A program made the translations under genes and the position numbers. A stretch of DNA of 64,000 nucleotides. Source: Camelus ferus. Lineage: Eukaryota. The stretch spans positions 65,908,001 to 65,972,000 of the forward strand of contig NC_045696.1 of NCBI RefSeq assembly GCF_009834535.1. The letters are read 5' to 3'. Each line of letters begins with the position of its first letter. Position 1 is the stretch's first letter. Shown piece after piece: positions 14,911 to 28,707 of the stretch. The notes below the pieces were generated by a model. It did not search any database, was not told the origin of the DNA, and saw only the letters and a list, made by a program, of their open reading frames with translations.

Positions 14911-16089
14911 TATCTTGGTTGACTAAATTCAATATCTGAATACATGCATATTTTATGTGATCTACTCTACAGATACTGTGTATCTGAAATTTTGAATAGA
15001 AAGAGATTTGAGCATCACTTTTATACCGTAGAACCCCTCAGTGGGTTCTTGAATTCAGACAATCTAACAGCTAAGCAAGCTTGAGGCAATGCTGAAAGGA
15101 AAGCAGAAGAGGAAAGAAAATCTTCAGTGGAAAAGAAGAAAAGGGAATCCAGAAGAAGTCGGATGTAAGGAGCCATAGAAACAAACAGGCAGACATTATA
15201 TAGTCTAGAAACAGAAAAGAGGTATTTCTGTGTAATAAAAAAAATGTACTGGCCCAGAAATATGGAGAAAAGTGCCTGAGAAAGAGCTCTGCCATGGTCT
15301 CCAGTGTGAGCCTGGAGAAGTCCCTTGATCTCTCTGTTGCTAGGTTTCTCTGGCTATGAAATGAAAGAAATGGACCAAAGTGTCAAATGTCCCCTGCATC
15401 TCTGGTACTAAGTGAATGTCTCTGTGTATCTACCAAACATTGCACATAGAGCAGAGAACACACACAGCCTTTACAAAGTGAATACCGAATTGTCTACAGC
15501 TAATACTTTTCTTTTCCATTAATTTTCAGAATTATTGATTGTTTACATTTAAATCAATGCTTTAAAGAATTGCATTTGTTTAAATCACATGCCTTTTTTT
15601 TTTCCTGTAAACTTCAGGCTTTACTTCTACCAGGCATATACTCTGTATTACATTGTAATGCATTCAATCTTACAGGCCAGTGACACTGATTTAGTTTCCC
15701 ACGTGACTATGTTGGTCATTTAAACATATATTTCTTCCACACATAGCCTTCCACATAGTTTTCTTTTACGTAAATAAGTACAACTGTGCAAATCTCTGGG
15801 CCACAATAAGTAAGCAAATAAATAAATAAATAAAACACACTGTTGTTGTGGATCAGCCAAAATCCCATAGAGGGCAGTGTGGTTTTAGCTGAATCAGAAT
15901 TAAATCCTATTTTGTTGTAAAGAATGTAATAACTCTTTAAAAGAATAAAAGAGCAAGGGAGAGAGAACTTCTGATTATAAAGTAATATATAATCATTGTA
16001 AAATTTTTGGCATATACTAAAGTAAAAATAATTTTTAAATAATCAATTATCCCTTTTCGATGTTCATGTATACTGCATAATTGTTACCA

Positions 16090-16490
16090 GATTATGTAGT
16101 TTTATATTCATATTTATAATGTCATATTTTAAAATTTTCTTGTGTGGTTGAATTCTTTTTGTTATTTTTAATGGATGGGCAAAATCCCTTTATATGGATA
16201 CATACTATTTAAACCATTCAGCTCTTGATGGAATTTTAGGTGAATTTTATATTTTCACAATTAGTGTTGTGATAAATGTATTTTCCTTTAAATTCATGTC
16301 TTAATTTCTGAATATTTCTTTACAGTATATTCCTAAAGCATAATTAATGAGTAAGTAGATATTAATTTTTTTATATCTATCACCAAATTGCTTTACAGAA
16401 ATGTTATGCCAAGTTACACTTGGGTAACTCGAGCTTAGACAACATTTAATTTTATTTTTTACTAGCGAAAATAGAACCTCATTTTATTTG
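16090..16490 (-). mobile_element. Old L1 (L1ME-type) 3' region
   Basis: tatttaaccattc...ttgatggaattttagg...ccaaattgctttacagaa pattern. Confidence 0.55.
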
Positions 16491-17204
16491 TGATGGAAAA
16501 AAGTGTTGACGTGAATAATAGCTCAGAACTAAACGTTCTAAATTATCTCAGCAAAATCTAGGAATGGATGGTAGGCAAATCGAGTCTAAAAGCATTTTCA
16601 AGGTCCCCTGAGAGGGGCAGACGAGACTAAAGTTGAGGGAAGTGAAAATATGTTTTAAATGTTATCTTTTTGAAATGGAAAGAAGGAATGAGGAAATAGA
16701 ATGCTTTCCTGAGATGTATCATTGAGTCAGTGAAAGTCAGTGTATCATTTAGAGTTTCACAGCTTTGGCTAGCCTCAGTCTACCTGGTTTCAGAAATCTT
16801 GTTCCACCTCTTACCTGTGTAACATTGGATTAGTGGCTCAATTCCTTAGTAGTTAGATATGATAATTATGTCTACCTTATAGAGTTGTCATGAGGACTGA
16901 TTAGATAATATAGATTATTACAGATAAATTATAATATATTGATAATATAGACTGTTAGCACTCAGAACAGGCACAGAGTATACACTCAAAAGTATTATTA
17001 TATTTTCTTTTAGTCAAATAGCAGTAGAGAAATGTGTCTCAAATGATCACCCAGAAAGGAAAGGCAACCGTTAAATAATAATAAAAAAAAAATGGTACAA
17101 TTTCCAAATTAACAGAGTGACTAATGAGGTGAATGCTGACTCGGTCAAACAAACAAAAATGAGGAATGGAAAGAAAAGACAGAAAAGTTAAAAGTATTGT
17201 ATTT

Positions 17205-17400
17205 TTGAAAGTTACTTGGAGAGTAGACCTTAAAAACTCTCATCACAAGAAAATAACATTTTTTGTGACTATGTATGATAATGGATGTTTACGAGAGTGA
17301 TTATGGTGATCATTTTGCAATATACACTGATATCAAATAATTAAGCTGTATACCTGAAACTAATATAATGATATATATTTATTATGACTCAATTAAAAAG
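17205..17400 (+). mobile_element. L1 3' end (L1MA-type)
   Basis: gagagtagaccttaaaaactctcatcacaag...gtgatcattttgcaatatacac...tatacctgaaactaatataatg...ctcaattaaaa. Confidence 0.8.
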
Positions 17401-17464
17401 TTAAAAATAGTAAACCTATTTTTAAATGAATAAAAACATAAAATAAAATGAAATATGTAAAATA

Positions 17465-17790
17465 CGGAGCAAGGGAATTTTTAGAACAGTGAAACTATTC
17501 TGTACGATACAGTTATGGTGGATATATGTCATTATTTATCTGTAAATACCCACAGAATGTACAACACAAAGAGTGAACCCTAATGTAAGCTATGGAACTC
17601 GGTTAATAATAATGTGTCAACACTGGCTTATCAATTGTAGCAAACGTATCACCCTAATGGAAGATGCTAATAATAGTGGTAATTTGGGTGAGGGGGTAAG
17701 ATGAAGGGAATATATAGGAACTTTGTACTTTCCACTCGATTTTTTGTAAAGTTAATACTCTCCCCAAAATAAAGTCTATTAACTTTAAAA
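17465..17790 (+). mobile_element. L1 3' end (L1MC1-like)
   Basis: cagtgaaactattctgtacgatac...cccacagaatgtacaacacaaagagtgaaccctaatgtaa...aaaataaagtctatt. Confidence 0.8.
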
Positions 17791-18199
17791 ATAGTGTAGA
17801 AACCTCTGCTGGTTTATATACATTATTTAGTAAAAGAAGTTTTTTTGTCAGTTGTACAACAAAATAAATTTATGTAAGCTTTTATTATGTTAATTGCTCT
17901 TATAGTAATATTTCCTTAAGGTATTACTAACACCTTAAAAATGTATATTTTTCAAAAAATAGGTAGGTTATTTCATCATTTCAGTAATCCCAAGAGCTAA
18001 GCAAAGGCAGGTACAATTTATGCTTTATGGATTTTTAAAAAATAGTTAACGTCACAGAACAAGCATGTTGTTTAGTGAAAATAAAGACTAATTCTTCTGA
18101 TTTCTTAGCTCTTGAAAAGATCCATGTTCATCAGTACAAAAATAAACGTTATTCTGCAAAAAATGCTAAAAATAGTAAATCAAATAAATAAAAACACAT

Positions 18200-20070
18200 A
18201 ACAAAATGAAAGCTATAAAATGTCTTATCAGTCATGGCTTAAGTTGGAAATGGACTAATTAGCTCCCATAAAAAGACTCATGTTTTTAAAATGGATTTTT
18301 AAAAATCCAGCTCTATGCTATTTACAAGAATCAGAGTGAAAACAAAATGATGAAAATCTGAAAGTAAATGTAATGAGAGAGGGAGAGAAGAAATAATATT
18401 AATGTCAGAAAGTGGACTTTATAGTTGAAAGCACTAAACAAGGCATGAAGTGGGCTGACACGTATTAATAAAAGATGCATTTTGTGAAGAAGATAATGCA
18501 GTCATAGACCTTCATAGCACAAACAACACAGCAGCTAAATATATGAAGAACTACATATTAGAATATTGGTAACTTGATGAAAATATAATTACGATAAGAA
18601 CCTTTAATGCATTTCTTTTGAAATTTGAGTAAATCTAAGCACTTCCTGAACATTAACTCATTTAATCTTCACCATAATAACCCTGTGAAGTGAACACAAT
18701 TATAATCTCGATGGCAACTGAGGAAAAGTACAAGAGATAAACAAATCAAGTGCTTTTTTTAGAAGTCCAAGAAAAAAATGAAAAATCCCTCATAAACTTG
18801 ATTAAGGGCAAAAGAATGGGAGTAAAACACACAAGATTAGAGATGATAAGATCTAATTGCATAAAACAATATTATATTCAATTCTGTGGCAACACATTTG
18901 AGAACCAAAAAAGACAGATGATTTTTTGGCAAAGTATATAATTACCACAACTAAATGAAAAATAAGTGGGAAATTTGTAAATGACTACTTAAAGTTGAAA
19001 AAAGTTGAAGGGTCAGGTAGGTTAACAAGTGATTTTTATCAAATATTTAAATTGTAGGTACTTAGGTATATTGAAACAAAACAGAACATATCAAAAAAAT
19101 CTACAGATAGAGATACTGAAAATAAATTTGATGAAATTTAGTGATCGTTCTAATAACACCAAATAAAATTAGAATGAAAAGAAACTACTAAATTTAATAC
19201 TTGACTATGCAAATAAAACAACACATATTGTTATAAATAGCAAAGCTTTAAAGGTATTTTATTTAAGGCCACAGACTGTATAGGGAGGCCTGCTTTTGAC
19301 ATTAGTTTTTAATATTGGCTGGTGGCATAATGAAAGCAAGAGGGTAAGGAAAACAAAACAGATTAATATTGGAAAAGAAAGAGTTTCACTCCCTGCAGTT
19401 GATATGATTGTCCCCATCCTAAGAGATTCTAGAAAAATCTATTAAAATTAATATCAGAGTTTGTACAGAGCCTGGATATAAGATATACATTAAAAAACAA
19501 TAGCTTTCTCTTTAGTTCTGAAGCATATTGAGATGGAAAGAGGAAAAAAGTCATATTCATAATAGCATACATATACAACTGAAAATACTTAGAAATTAAA
19601 GAGTGGAATAGGACCTATATAAAAATACATGTATATTTGAAGTATATATGAAATTATATATGAAGTATATATGTGATCTTATGAGGGACATAACATAGTC
19701 TGAACAAATAAAAATAGTTATACGCTGCTAGTTGAAGTGTGAAGTATTGCAGTCAATTTAAAAAGAGACATCTAGCAGCATCTCTTGAAATCATAAAACC
19801 TTTGACCCAGCAAATATTCTCCTGGAAATTTATCCCTAAGAAGTAAATTGCCACTACATAGGGATATATGCATGGGAAATTTTATTATGTAATGTTTATG
19901 GAAACGAAAATAATCTCAGGTTATGTTAAGAGAGAAATTATTAAATATATTATGTAATATTAGATAGCCAGTGTATTATTTTATAGCCAATAAAAGAAAA
20001 TCTATTAAAATTGTTCCAGTTTACTTGATTTCTACAATGTATCAGTGAATGAGAAAATAAATATTATATA
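18200..20070 (+). mobile_element. Highly decayed L1 (L1ME-type) ORF2 and 3' end fragments
   Basis: Endonuclease-like ccagctctatgctatttacaaga, mid-ORF2 gttgatatgattgtc, and 3' ctttgacccagcaa...ctggaaatttatcc. Confidence 0.6.
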
Positions 20071-20312
20071 GACAAATCTATCTTTCCATTCTTTTTTAAC
20101 ATCTGTAAAATGATGTTAAAAGGTAAAATAATGTTAAAGACAGCCCTGCATGGTATGTATACATGTATTATAAATAGACGTATTATGTGTGATTATACGG
20201 CCATGAATAGGTTACCTAAGTGGGAGATGTTATTGGGGGACAATGTCTAGGTCAGGGAGAAACAAGTGATCACTATGGCTGTATAACAACCCCAAAACTT
20301 AGTGGCTCAAAG

Positions 20313-20501
20313 TAATGATTGTCAACTGGGGGCGGTTTTGCTCTCCAAGGGACATTTTTTTGATTGGCATGACTTAAGAAGGATTTGCTACTGGCAGGAG
20401 GCCAGGGATGCTGTTAAGCATCATTTTTACGCACAGGGCAGCTCTCACAACAAAGAACTGTCCTGTCCAACACAGCAATCAGGCAAAGCTGAGAAATCCT
20501 G
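20313..20501 (+). mobile_element. MER20 (hAT-Charlie) non-autonomous DNA transposon
   Basis: caactgggggcggttttgc...gaggccagggatgctgttaagcatc...cacaacaaagaa...tgagaaatcctg; degenerate 8-bp TSD gctcaaag/gcttaaaa. Confidence 0.8.
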
Positions 20502-20884
20502 GCTTAAAAAAGAATGACGATATTTATTTGGCTCATGAATCTGCAGTTTGGTCCAGGCAGAGCTGAATGAGAATAGCTCGTTTGTGTTCTACCCAGTGTC
20601 AGGCTAGCAGGCCAGACTAAGATTGCATGAAAGCTCTCTTATCCACATGGTTTGGTTTTGATCCTGACTGTAGGCTGAGACCTGAGATTGTCAACAGGAA
20701 TGCCCATTTCATGTACCCTCTCAGTGTGGCCTGGTCTTTCTTATAACAGTGTGGTTAGGTTCCAAGAGGGAAGAGAGAGAGGGACAGAGAGAGGGAGGGA
20801 GAGAGAGAAGCCATGTCACCTTGTGATGTTAATTGGGTTGAGGCAGTCACAAAGTCCCATGTAGTTTCAGGAGGAAGGCAGACC

Positions 20885-21003
20885 GGAAAGGTAATAGCTC
20901 AATGGTGGAGCACATGCTGAGCATGCACAAGGCCCTGGGTTCAATCCCCAATAATTGCCCCCACCAAAAAAAAAAAAAAAAAAAGATTAAAAAAAACAAA
21001 AAA
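20885..21003 (+). mobile_element. tRNA-derived SINE (camelid Vic-1-like)
   Basis: A box tagctcaatgg (20895-20905), B box ggttcaatccc (20938-20948), short body and A-rich tail. Confidence 0.85.
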
Positions 21004-21695
21004 GAAGAAGGGAAACAGACTCCAGACTCCACCTTTCAATGGGAGTGGCAGGGTTCTAAAAGCACATGTGGGAATGGAAATACTACTGTTCTATCAATTT
21101 TTTTTTGAAAAACATAATTTGCCACACAGCAACAATGAAAGATACACATTATAAATTACTTCCGTAAAATTATCTATAAGTGTATGTGGACATTTTAGCA
21201 TTCCTGGTAAGGTTAACAATTTTGCACGTCAGTAACCATCTGTTATTTTCTTCTGTGAATAACGTCCATTGCACATACTTTCTATTGTTAAGTTTAGAGT
21301 TTCCTTATTTATTTGTGTATGTTCCTTACTGTTAACTATTCTCCACCTCTTTCCAGAAAACATTTAAACTTCTTAAAGGAATAGGAATGTATACGAAGTT
21401 GGCATAGAAAACATAGGAGAGACAGAAGAAACTAAAGAAATGCAAAAACATTGAACAAGACCAGAATGAGGGTAAAAATTGATGCTATAAAAAACTTAAC
21501 CTTCCTATAAGCTCTACATTTGCACGGCCAAAGGAAAGAGGGAAATCTGGACCAAATTCTCAAGGTTTTTTTATTTTGACATGTTTATTTTGACATAGAA
21601 AAATTGGTCAGGGGACAGTTGGGTTAACATGAGAAAATAACACAATATTTAATAAAATACAGCAATTTCAATGATGTGACAAACTTCACAGGTGC

Positions 21696-22178
21696 AGATG
21701 GTCGCAGACTTAACGATGGTTTGGTTCACTTACAGTGGTGTGAAAGTGATGCACACTAGTAGAAGCCAGACTTTGAATTTTGAATTTCAGTCTTTTCCTA
21801 GGCTAGCAATACAGGGTACAGCGCTCTCCTGTGTTGCTGGGCAGTGGCAGTGGGCTGCCGCTTCCAGTCAGTCACAATCACAGGGGTAAACTACTATTCT
21901 GTTCCCATACAATCATTTTGTTTTTCACTTTCAATACAGGATTCAATAACTTACATGAGCTACTCAACACTTTATTATAAAATAGGCTTCGAGTTAGATG
22001 ATTTTTCCCAACTGTAGTCTAATGTAAGTGTGCTGAGCACATTTAAGGTAGGCTAAGCTAAGCTGTGATGTGTGGTAGGTTTGATGTATTAATTGCATTT
22101 TCAACTTAACAATATTTTCATCTTAGGATGGATTTATCAGGGTGTAACCCCATTGTAATTTGAGGAAATTCATTTCTG
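21696..22178 (-). mobile_element. Tigger3/Golem (MER7-type) TcMar DNA transposon derivative
   Basis: Termini cagatggtcgcagacttaacgatgg / ccattgtaatttgagga; internal actttattataaaataggctt...ccaactgtag...taaggtaggcta. Confidence 0.8.
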
Positions 22179-24039
22179 TTTTGGCTTCTGACTTTATGTA
22201 GAATAAGTGATTCTTGAGAATCATCAAATACGTAGGGCTTTCTCTGTTTCATACGTATATTTCCAGCTAGAACATAGTCACGCTTCCAACACAAAATGAA
22301 TGGTAAAACCTGATGTCTGCAGGGAAATGACTAATTAAGGGACAGCAAAAGATCAGGGGTCAACCTTTGCTCCACAAAGAGCAAAAGCAAAATATTTTAA
22401 CTTGTGGGTTTTTTTTTTTAACCTCGATAAAGCAAAGGATTCAGTGAACCTATTTTCACATTCATCTTCTCTTCTGATTGCCCACTTTTTGGCCCATTTT
22501 CTCCTTGCATTTTATTTATTTATGTATTTATTAAATTTTCCAATTTATCCAAGATACTGTCATCTGCTTTAACTATATATTTTTTCAATTTTCTCGACAT
22601 CCATCTGCTCACAATCTGAAGTTCCCACAGGCATGACCAAAGCATCAATGTCGCAGGAAAGTTACACTTGTTGATCTTTCATTTTCCTTTGAACCTTGAT
22701 AAGGTATGACTTAGTGTAACCTAATCCATGAAGGTCCTTCACTCCAAATGCTCATTTTTCTCTAAAACTTAAGCCCTTAAAAACCTGGGATGGGTTCAAT
22801 ATACACGCTCACTAAATACGCTCCTTCTCTTTGCCGTGACTAATTCTAAGGACCTGGTGACCCTAAGAATGGAGGAAAAGATGCTAAAGGAATGGGGATT
22901 AATGGTGATCCTACCCCACCACCAACATTTCCACCCACTGCTGTCTCTTCCTATCTTCCAAGTCACACTTGGTCCCAATAGAAGTTCTACTAATTCTCAG
23001 CAAAACTCTAAGTCTTTATCCTCATACAAAAAAGGGCAAGGAATTCTCTGTCCCTTTAAAGTTATGCATGGAAATTAATTATAATAACAGACTTCCAATC
23101 TCAAAATTCTTTTGGATTGTGAGTTCTCATCATTGGAAAGAAGGAGCAGACCTTCTTGGTATTACCAGTGTATGAATGAAACATAAAACATCCGTGGTTA
23201 CCAGTAGTCTGGCCTTTTGTGACTCTCTAGTGACCAAGAGCTCATTACTCACAGAGTATCAAGTTCTATCTTTATGTAGTACTTCATGGTAGAGTATCTT
23301 TCCTTTTTAAACTGAAATCTGGCAACTTATTAATTCTACCTATTGGCACTAGTTGTATTTAATCTCTTCAATACTTTGTTTTAATTAAAGATTATAATCA
23401 TAACCTATTTTATTTTCTTCTGTATATTTTAAAAAGACCCAAACTTTCTTGTATTTTATGATATTTTTGGCTTCATATCAAAGCCCAACTAAGTCTTTGT
23501 AGTTTTCGGCATTTTGGAGCAATGCAGTATTTTTAAAAAGTGGCTATTTTGTTGTAAAGTGTTTTTTCTCTTCTCTGTTTATTTGTACAATTTTTAAAAC
23601 AGTTTTGAGTTTGTGGGGAGAAAGTATTTTTCTATTTCTGCCCCCACTTCATCCATCACACTGCAAATTTGGGTAAAATTAGAAACATGTGGAGTACTTA
23701 TTTAAATCAGTATACGAAAGACGTTCTCTATCACTATAATTCAGGTAGCTTTAGTTTTAAATATAATGTTATTCTACAAACATGTGTCACTAATGACTTT
23801 TCCCTTGCTTTTTCAGTTGTGTGAATATACTTGTATATATCTTAATGTAGTTAACATAATGTTGTTTGTTCATGTCTGACTTTTTCCAAAAAGTTTTTGT
23901 ATGAATACACAACCATGCTATGAACACACTACAGTTTATTGAAAGAGTCTCTAATTGGACATTTAGAAAGTTTGCTTTTACAAACGTTTGTTATACTGAT
24001 ATGATAAAAGAAACTTTTAATCATTTTTGTTCAAATTTA

Positions 24040-24080
24040 TTATTTTCAGAAATTGATTATTTTCAGAAATTGATTATTTT
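24040..24080. repeat. 17-bp tandem duplication (ttattttcagaaattga) x2.4
   Basis: Directly visible exact repeat. Confidence 0.9.
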
Positions 24081-24721
24081 GTGTTTGCTGACTTAAAGGA
24101 TATGGATATTTTAAAATTCTTGAAATATATTCACATATGGTTGAATTTCATATAATTTTTTTTCTCCTGATTACTTACGTTTTATTACAAAGCATACAAT
24201 GTGTGTGTATATAGCAACAAATAACACTCCTTTCTTTTTCTCTTGCAATAGACAGACACACAAGGCAGGTAGATGGAAACCTTTATCCTTGAAAAAAAGA
24301 AGCTCGATTGTCAAGGATGCTTTATATTTGAAGTTTTAAGAGGCTTCTTAATATTTCTTTCTGAATAATATAGATTTCTTGCCCTATCACAGGTGACACT
24401 GGCCAGACACACACAATTCCAGTTTGGACAGAGCCTTCCTTGGTTCTTTTCAGATGTTGACATGAATGTGGGTAACACATTTACTTTCCTTCTTTCAATC
24501 TCACCAATCAAATAAATCCATTCTCATGGGAACAGTTGCCCCTTTATAGAAAAGTGAGGAGCGGAGAATAAGTCTTTATTTCCCAGCATCTTTGTACTTC
24601 ACTCTGTAAGTATTTCAAGGCGATGGGCTTCATTGTTTCCTCCAGGTACACGCATATGTATGTAAGCAAATATATAAGCATGCACATTTATACACATAAA
24701 GGCATATACTAAGGAATACAA

Positions 24722-25092
24722 AAGAATAATTACTAATAAACTTTTTTAAAAGATGCAAGTTCTGCGACTTGGAACTTGAGTTTTTGCCAGTTTTGTTCTA
24801 GGACAATAAACCATTTTTTAAAAGAGATAGGTCAATTTGCTTGCTTGTTTTTTGGTGACTTCTTGCCTATAAATGAAGCTATGGAAGTTGACTCTAAGTT
24901 TATTGGCTATGATTTGGTCAGGCAGTGCTAATATCTACCTGTTCCAGAGGTGGCAGGCAGCAGGAAAGCTGGTTGGATGAAGCAAAAACAGATTATCAGC
25001 ACTGCCTTCATCACGGTCCTCTTTTTCTAAAGTCACAGAGGATTTCGTAGTTTTACTTTATTGCTGGCATGGTCCTTTACTCGTATTCCAAT
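24722..25092 (+). repeat. Local direct duplication, copy 1 (upstream of GMNC)
   Basis: Aligns by eye with 39922-40294: 5 substitutions and one 2-nt T-run difference over 371 bp. Confidence 0.95.
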
Positions 25093-27899
25093 GTTTCTGT
25101 TCATTCATTCAAATGCCACTAGCAGTGCTAATTTCATAGCAATTATAATTCCATTTTTCTCAGATTGGTTTTGAATGTATAAATGCTTCCACTAGCTAGA
25201 GGTTGACATTATGCATTCACTTTGTGAAAAAGAAATGTGGAAAGCAGAGCGTGACTAAAGCCACCCACATTATTACAAAGTTCAAGTACGTTTCTTCAAT
25301 TTGATTGTAAATAAGATGATTTTGACACAAATTATTAAGTCAGTAAGAATTCAGTTCACATTTTATGGATTTTTATGGGTAACAAAAATATGGAATTATA
25401 ACTTCACTGTAGCTTAACGTTTTATATCTAAATATATTTCTTTATCTTCTTTTCATGAAAGATGTCACATTATTTTAGATTCTCTATTTCGAGGACTAGA
25501 AGGAATCTGGTCCTGGTTGTCCTGTTTTGCTATTACGCCCTAAACTAAGCTTTTTGAAGAAACCAGGTAGTGGTGTCCTTATTTCTGTTATCTCTGGGAT
25601 AAAATTAGATGCCATGGTCCATACCAATGCACTTTTCAGGTCTTTAACGCCTAGTCAGCAATTCATCCACTAACTTCTAGATCAAAAATCCTTAAGAGAG
25701 ATTTCAGGAGCAATGAAGGCACTGAAGCCTAGTTTATGAAAATACTAGTGCTCCTGAGGCAGAAATTCATTTTATTTCAAACTAGAGTTGGACTAGCATA
25801 CTTCTAATGCATAGTAATCATAATAACTCACTATCCATTATTTTCTAAGGTTGGAGGAAAGAGGAGTGGGGTTTTGTTTGTTTGTGTTGTTTGGGTGTCT
25901 GCATTTCTAATCTTTCTGTTAATGCAAATAACTTTCACTGTTTATCTGATTTTACAGTAGCATTGAGATTATTTTATTCCAGTTTGGCCAGAGAGATTAT
26001 CACAGAGCAGAGCTTCCCAGCCAGTGCACCAAAGCACAATGAATTAAATCCCTGGGAGACAGTGATGTCCCCTGTCCTCATGGGGGCCTGACAGGGCCTG
26101 GGAGAAATGGGAACTCCCTTGCCTACCAACAACCAAAATAAGCATCAACTCTTTGTTCCGGCTTGCCCACAAATATCATTGTCTTAAGCACCATATTATG
26201 AGAAAAGTCAGAAAAAGCAATGCTACAGAGGATGAAAGAGGTTTGCTTCACTGTAGACAGTGAATACAGATTGTCATCCATTTTTTAGTTATCCTTTAAA
26301 TATGAAATAAATTGTTGATAGTCGAAAGATCTGTGAATATCATTATAGCATATGATGCTTCTTAATATAATGCAATCCAATACAACTGAAAAAATAAGCA
26401 ATCACTTAATGAGTCAATACATAAAGGTCTAAAGCTGGCTATAAAGCTACTGGAATAAACTCTGACCGAAACATCCAATAAAATAATATCATAAATGTCC
26501 ATCCCCCTGCCCACTCAGTTCCGTATAGCACTAATTTGAGTCAGGCTTGCATCAAACATTTCACTCTATAATTTGTCCAAGGCCTTTCTCTTTTCTGGCT
26601 AATAACCTGATATTAACAGTTGACTTTCTTTTGTATACCTTTTGTTCATGTATAAATAATTTGTACCAGGGCACAACTTCCTGCATATGTAATGGTTATT
26701 AGAAGCTATGCTGACATGTAGGTGGTGGGTATTAGGCAAGACTGTCCACAGCAACATGATTGATTTCTGCACATCATTCTAGAGAAGTGATGTTCAAAAC
26801 TAAGACTATATATGCCATGGTTCTCCACGTATGCTGAAATAAAATATGCAAATGTTAAATCTCGCACTGTAAATCATCTACTGCATTGAATTTTCTCTTA
26901 AGGTTTTGCTTTCTATTTTTCTGTTTTAACCTACCTGTAAAAGCAGACATAGTATTTTTTTTATTCTCTGGAGACTTAGCTGTAGAAGCTATAAGGAGAG
27001 GCTATGCTTGTAAGGAGAATTTTTAATTGTTCTTTTATTATATATGCTACTGAATTCATTAATGAGGTAATCAAATAAAGTGTCCTCCCGGGGTGAAATA
27101 AAAGAACATTCCATATGCCAATCTATTTATCACCTTGGGCCACCTCTGCTTGCACTCTCCACTTTTCTGTCTGCAGACTTGGTTTGTGTGCAGGTCAAAT
27201 TACCTCCTAATTTGTTATATCTTTGCCCTGGCAGGAGGCAGTGCCCTGATTCAACAATTGGGCTGTTATTAGCCACCTTCCTTTTAACACCATCCCTTCA
27301 GCCACAATATAAAAGGCAGTTTTTTGCTGATCTTATTGTCTATAGAAGAAGAAAACATCTATATGGGTTGTGATCACTAAAGAAGGTTCACCTTCTTTCA
27401 TACGTGTGAATAAAAAACAGCCAAAGGTGTTTACATTATTGCTTAATTGACTGATGCACTTTTCAAAAAAATTATCATCAAACGAACAAACAAAAAATAA
27501 GACTTACACCTAAGCAGTATATCTTAAATAAAAATATAAGCTTAAGTCAGACCATACGAACATAGAAATCTTTCTAATAGTTTCTGATTTCAGGAAAGCT
27601 TTATCTTCTGATTTATGTTAAATTGTCAAGAGCTCTTCACTGTTTAAAGATTCTCTGTCACCATATACTTCTCTCTCTTACTAAGCTAAAATAGTTAATG
27701 ATTTATGAAATATTTGTATGCTGAAAGTCCATCAAAAACTTTAAAAATTTTTTTCTAGCCCTCAGAGAAAACCTCTGGAGTTTTACAGATGTAGCCTGTA
27801 TTTTCAATTATTTTTAACAATCAAGCCACAACAGCAAAGAAAGAGTCCTCTACGCTAACAATCCTATCAGCTACTTGTCATGACTTAGGCAGTGAACTA

Positions 27900-28080
27900 G
27901 GAGTTTTCAAGCATTAGTGGTCAGCTCATTAAAACCTCTCAAGTAGGTATTTCTTTCTTCATTTACGAGAGGAGCTAACTGAGGATTTGGAGACCATGAT
28001 ACAGCCTCAGGTGACTCAGTCTTAGAAGGCAGAGCAGGAATTTGTACCCAGTATTTTTGAATCCAAAGCCCTTGCCCTTT
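27900..28080 (-). mobile_element. MIR SINE
   Basis: ctcattaaaacctctc...gtaggtatt...aactgagg...ggcagagcaggaatttgtacccag. Confidence 0.7.
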
Positions 28081-28707
28081 ATTGTCATCCCGTACTTGCT
28101 GAGCTGCCCATTTTGTGGTATTATTAGAGTCTAGAAATTGTATCCTCGAGAGACTTATATGTCTCATTTATGACTGTTTCTAAAAACAAAACATCATCCT
28201 CTTCCTTTTTCTTGCCTCTTGTGCCCACTGTAAAACTGTTTAGGATTTTCTTTGCCCAGAGCAAGAGCATTGGTTCTTAAGACCTAAATGGGTTTTGATC
28301 TATTTCCCTATCATCTCAGGGTCGTCCTGCCAGGGCATCCATGTTCCTTGAGCAGCGAGAGCAGAGAGGGGACCACTCTCACGTTACTGACAGAAATCAG
28401 TCCTGTGGAGTGACCCAGACAGTGTCTTCCGAGGAGTGATCCCCATACCTGGTACCATTCACTTACCAATGCTTGTGAACAAACAGTATCAGAACAGAAG
28501 AAAAGGACTTTACTGAGTCTGGCACCTTCCTTCTCTTCCTCTTCCACTTCTTTCTTAATTTTGGACACAGAGCTTAATGAGCATCTGCTGTGTGTTAGTC
28601 ACCGTGGATGGTAAATACAATACAAAGCAGAATGAATAAAGGTCAAACCCGGTTTGGAGAAAGAACTATGCAAACCAAAATCAGTTTTCTTAATTCCTTT
28701 ACGATGC

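Larger units (their letters stand above)
20272..21128. mobile_element. ERVL-MaLR (MLT1) LTR, interrupted by MER20 and a SINE
   Basis: gctgtataacaaccccaaaacttagtggct...gctcatgaatctgcagtttgg...cagactccacctttcaatgggag...tttgccaca. Confidence 0.7.

Noticed and set aside
20885..20955. Possible tRNA gene
   Set aside because: No proper acceptor stem and followed by an A-rich tail, so a SINE.
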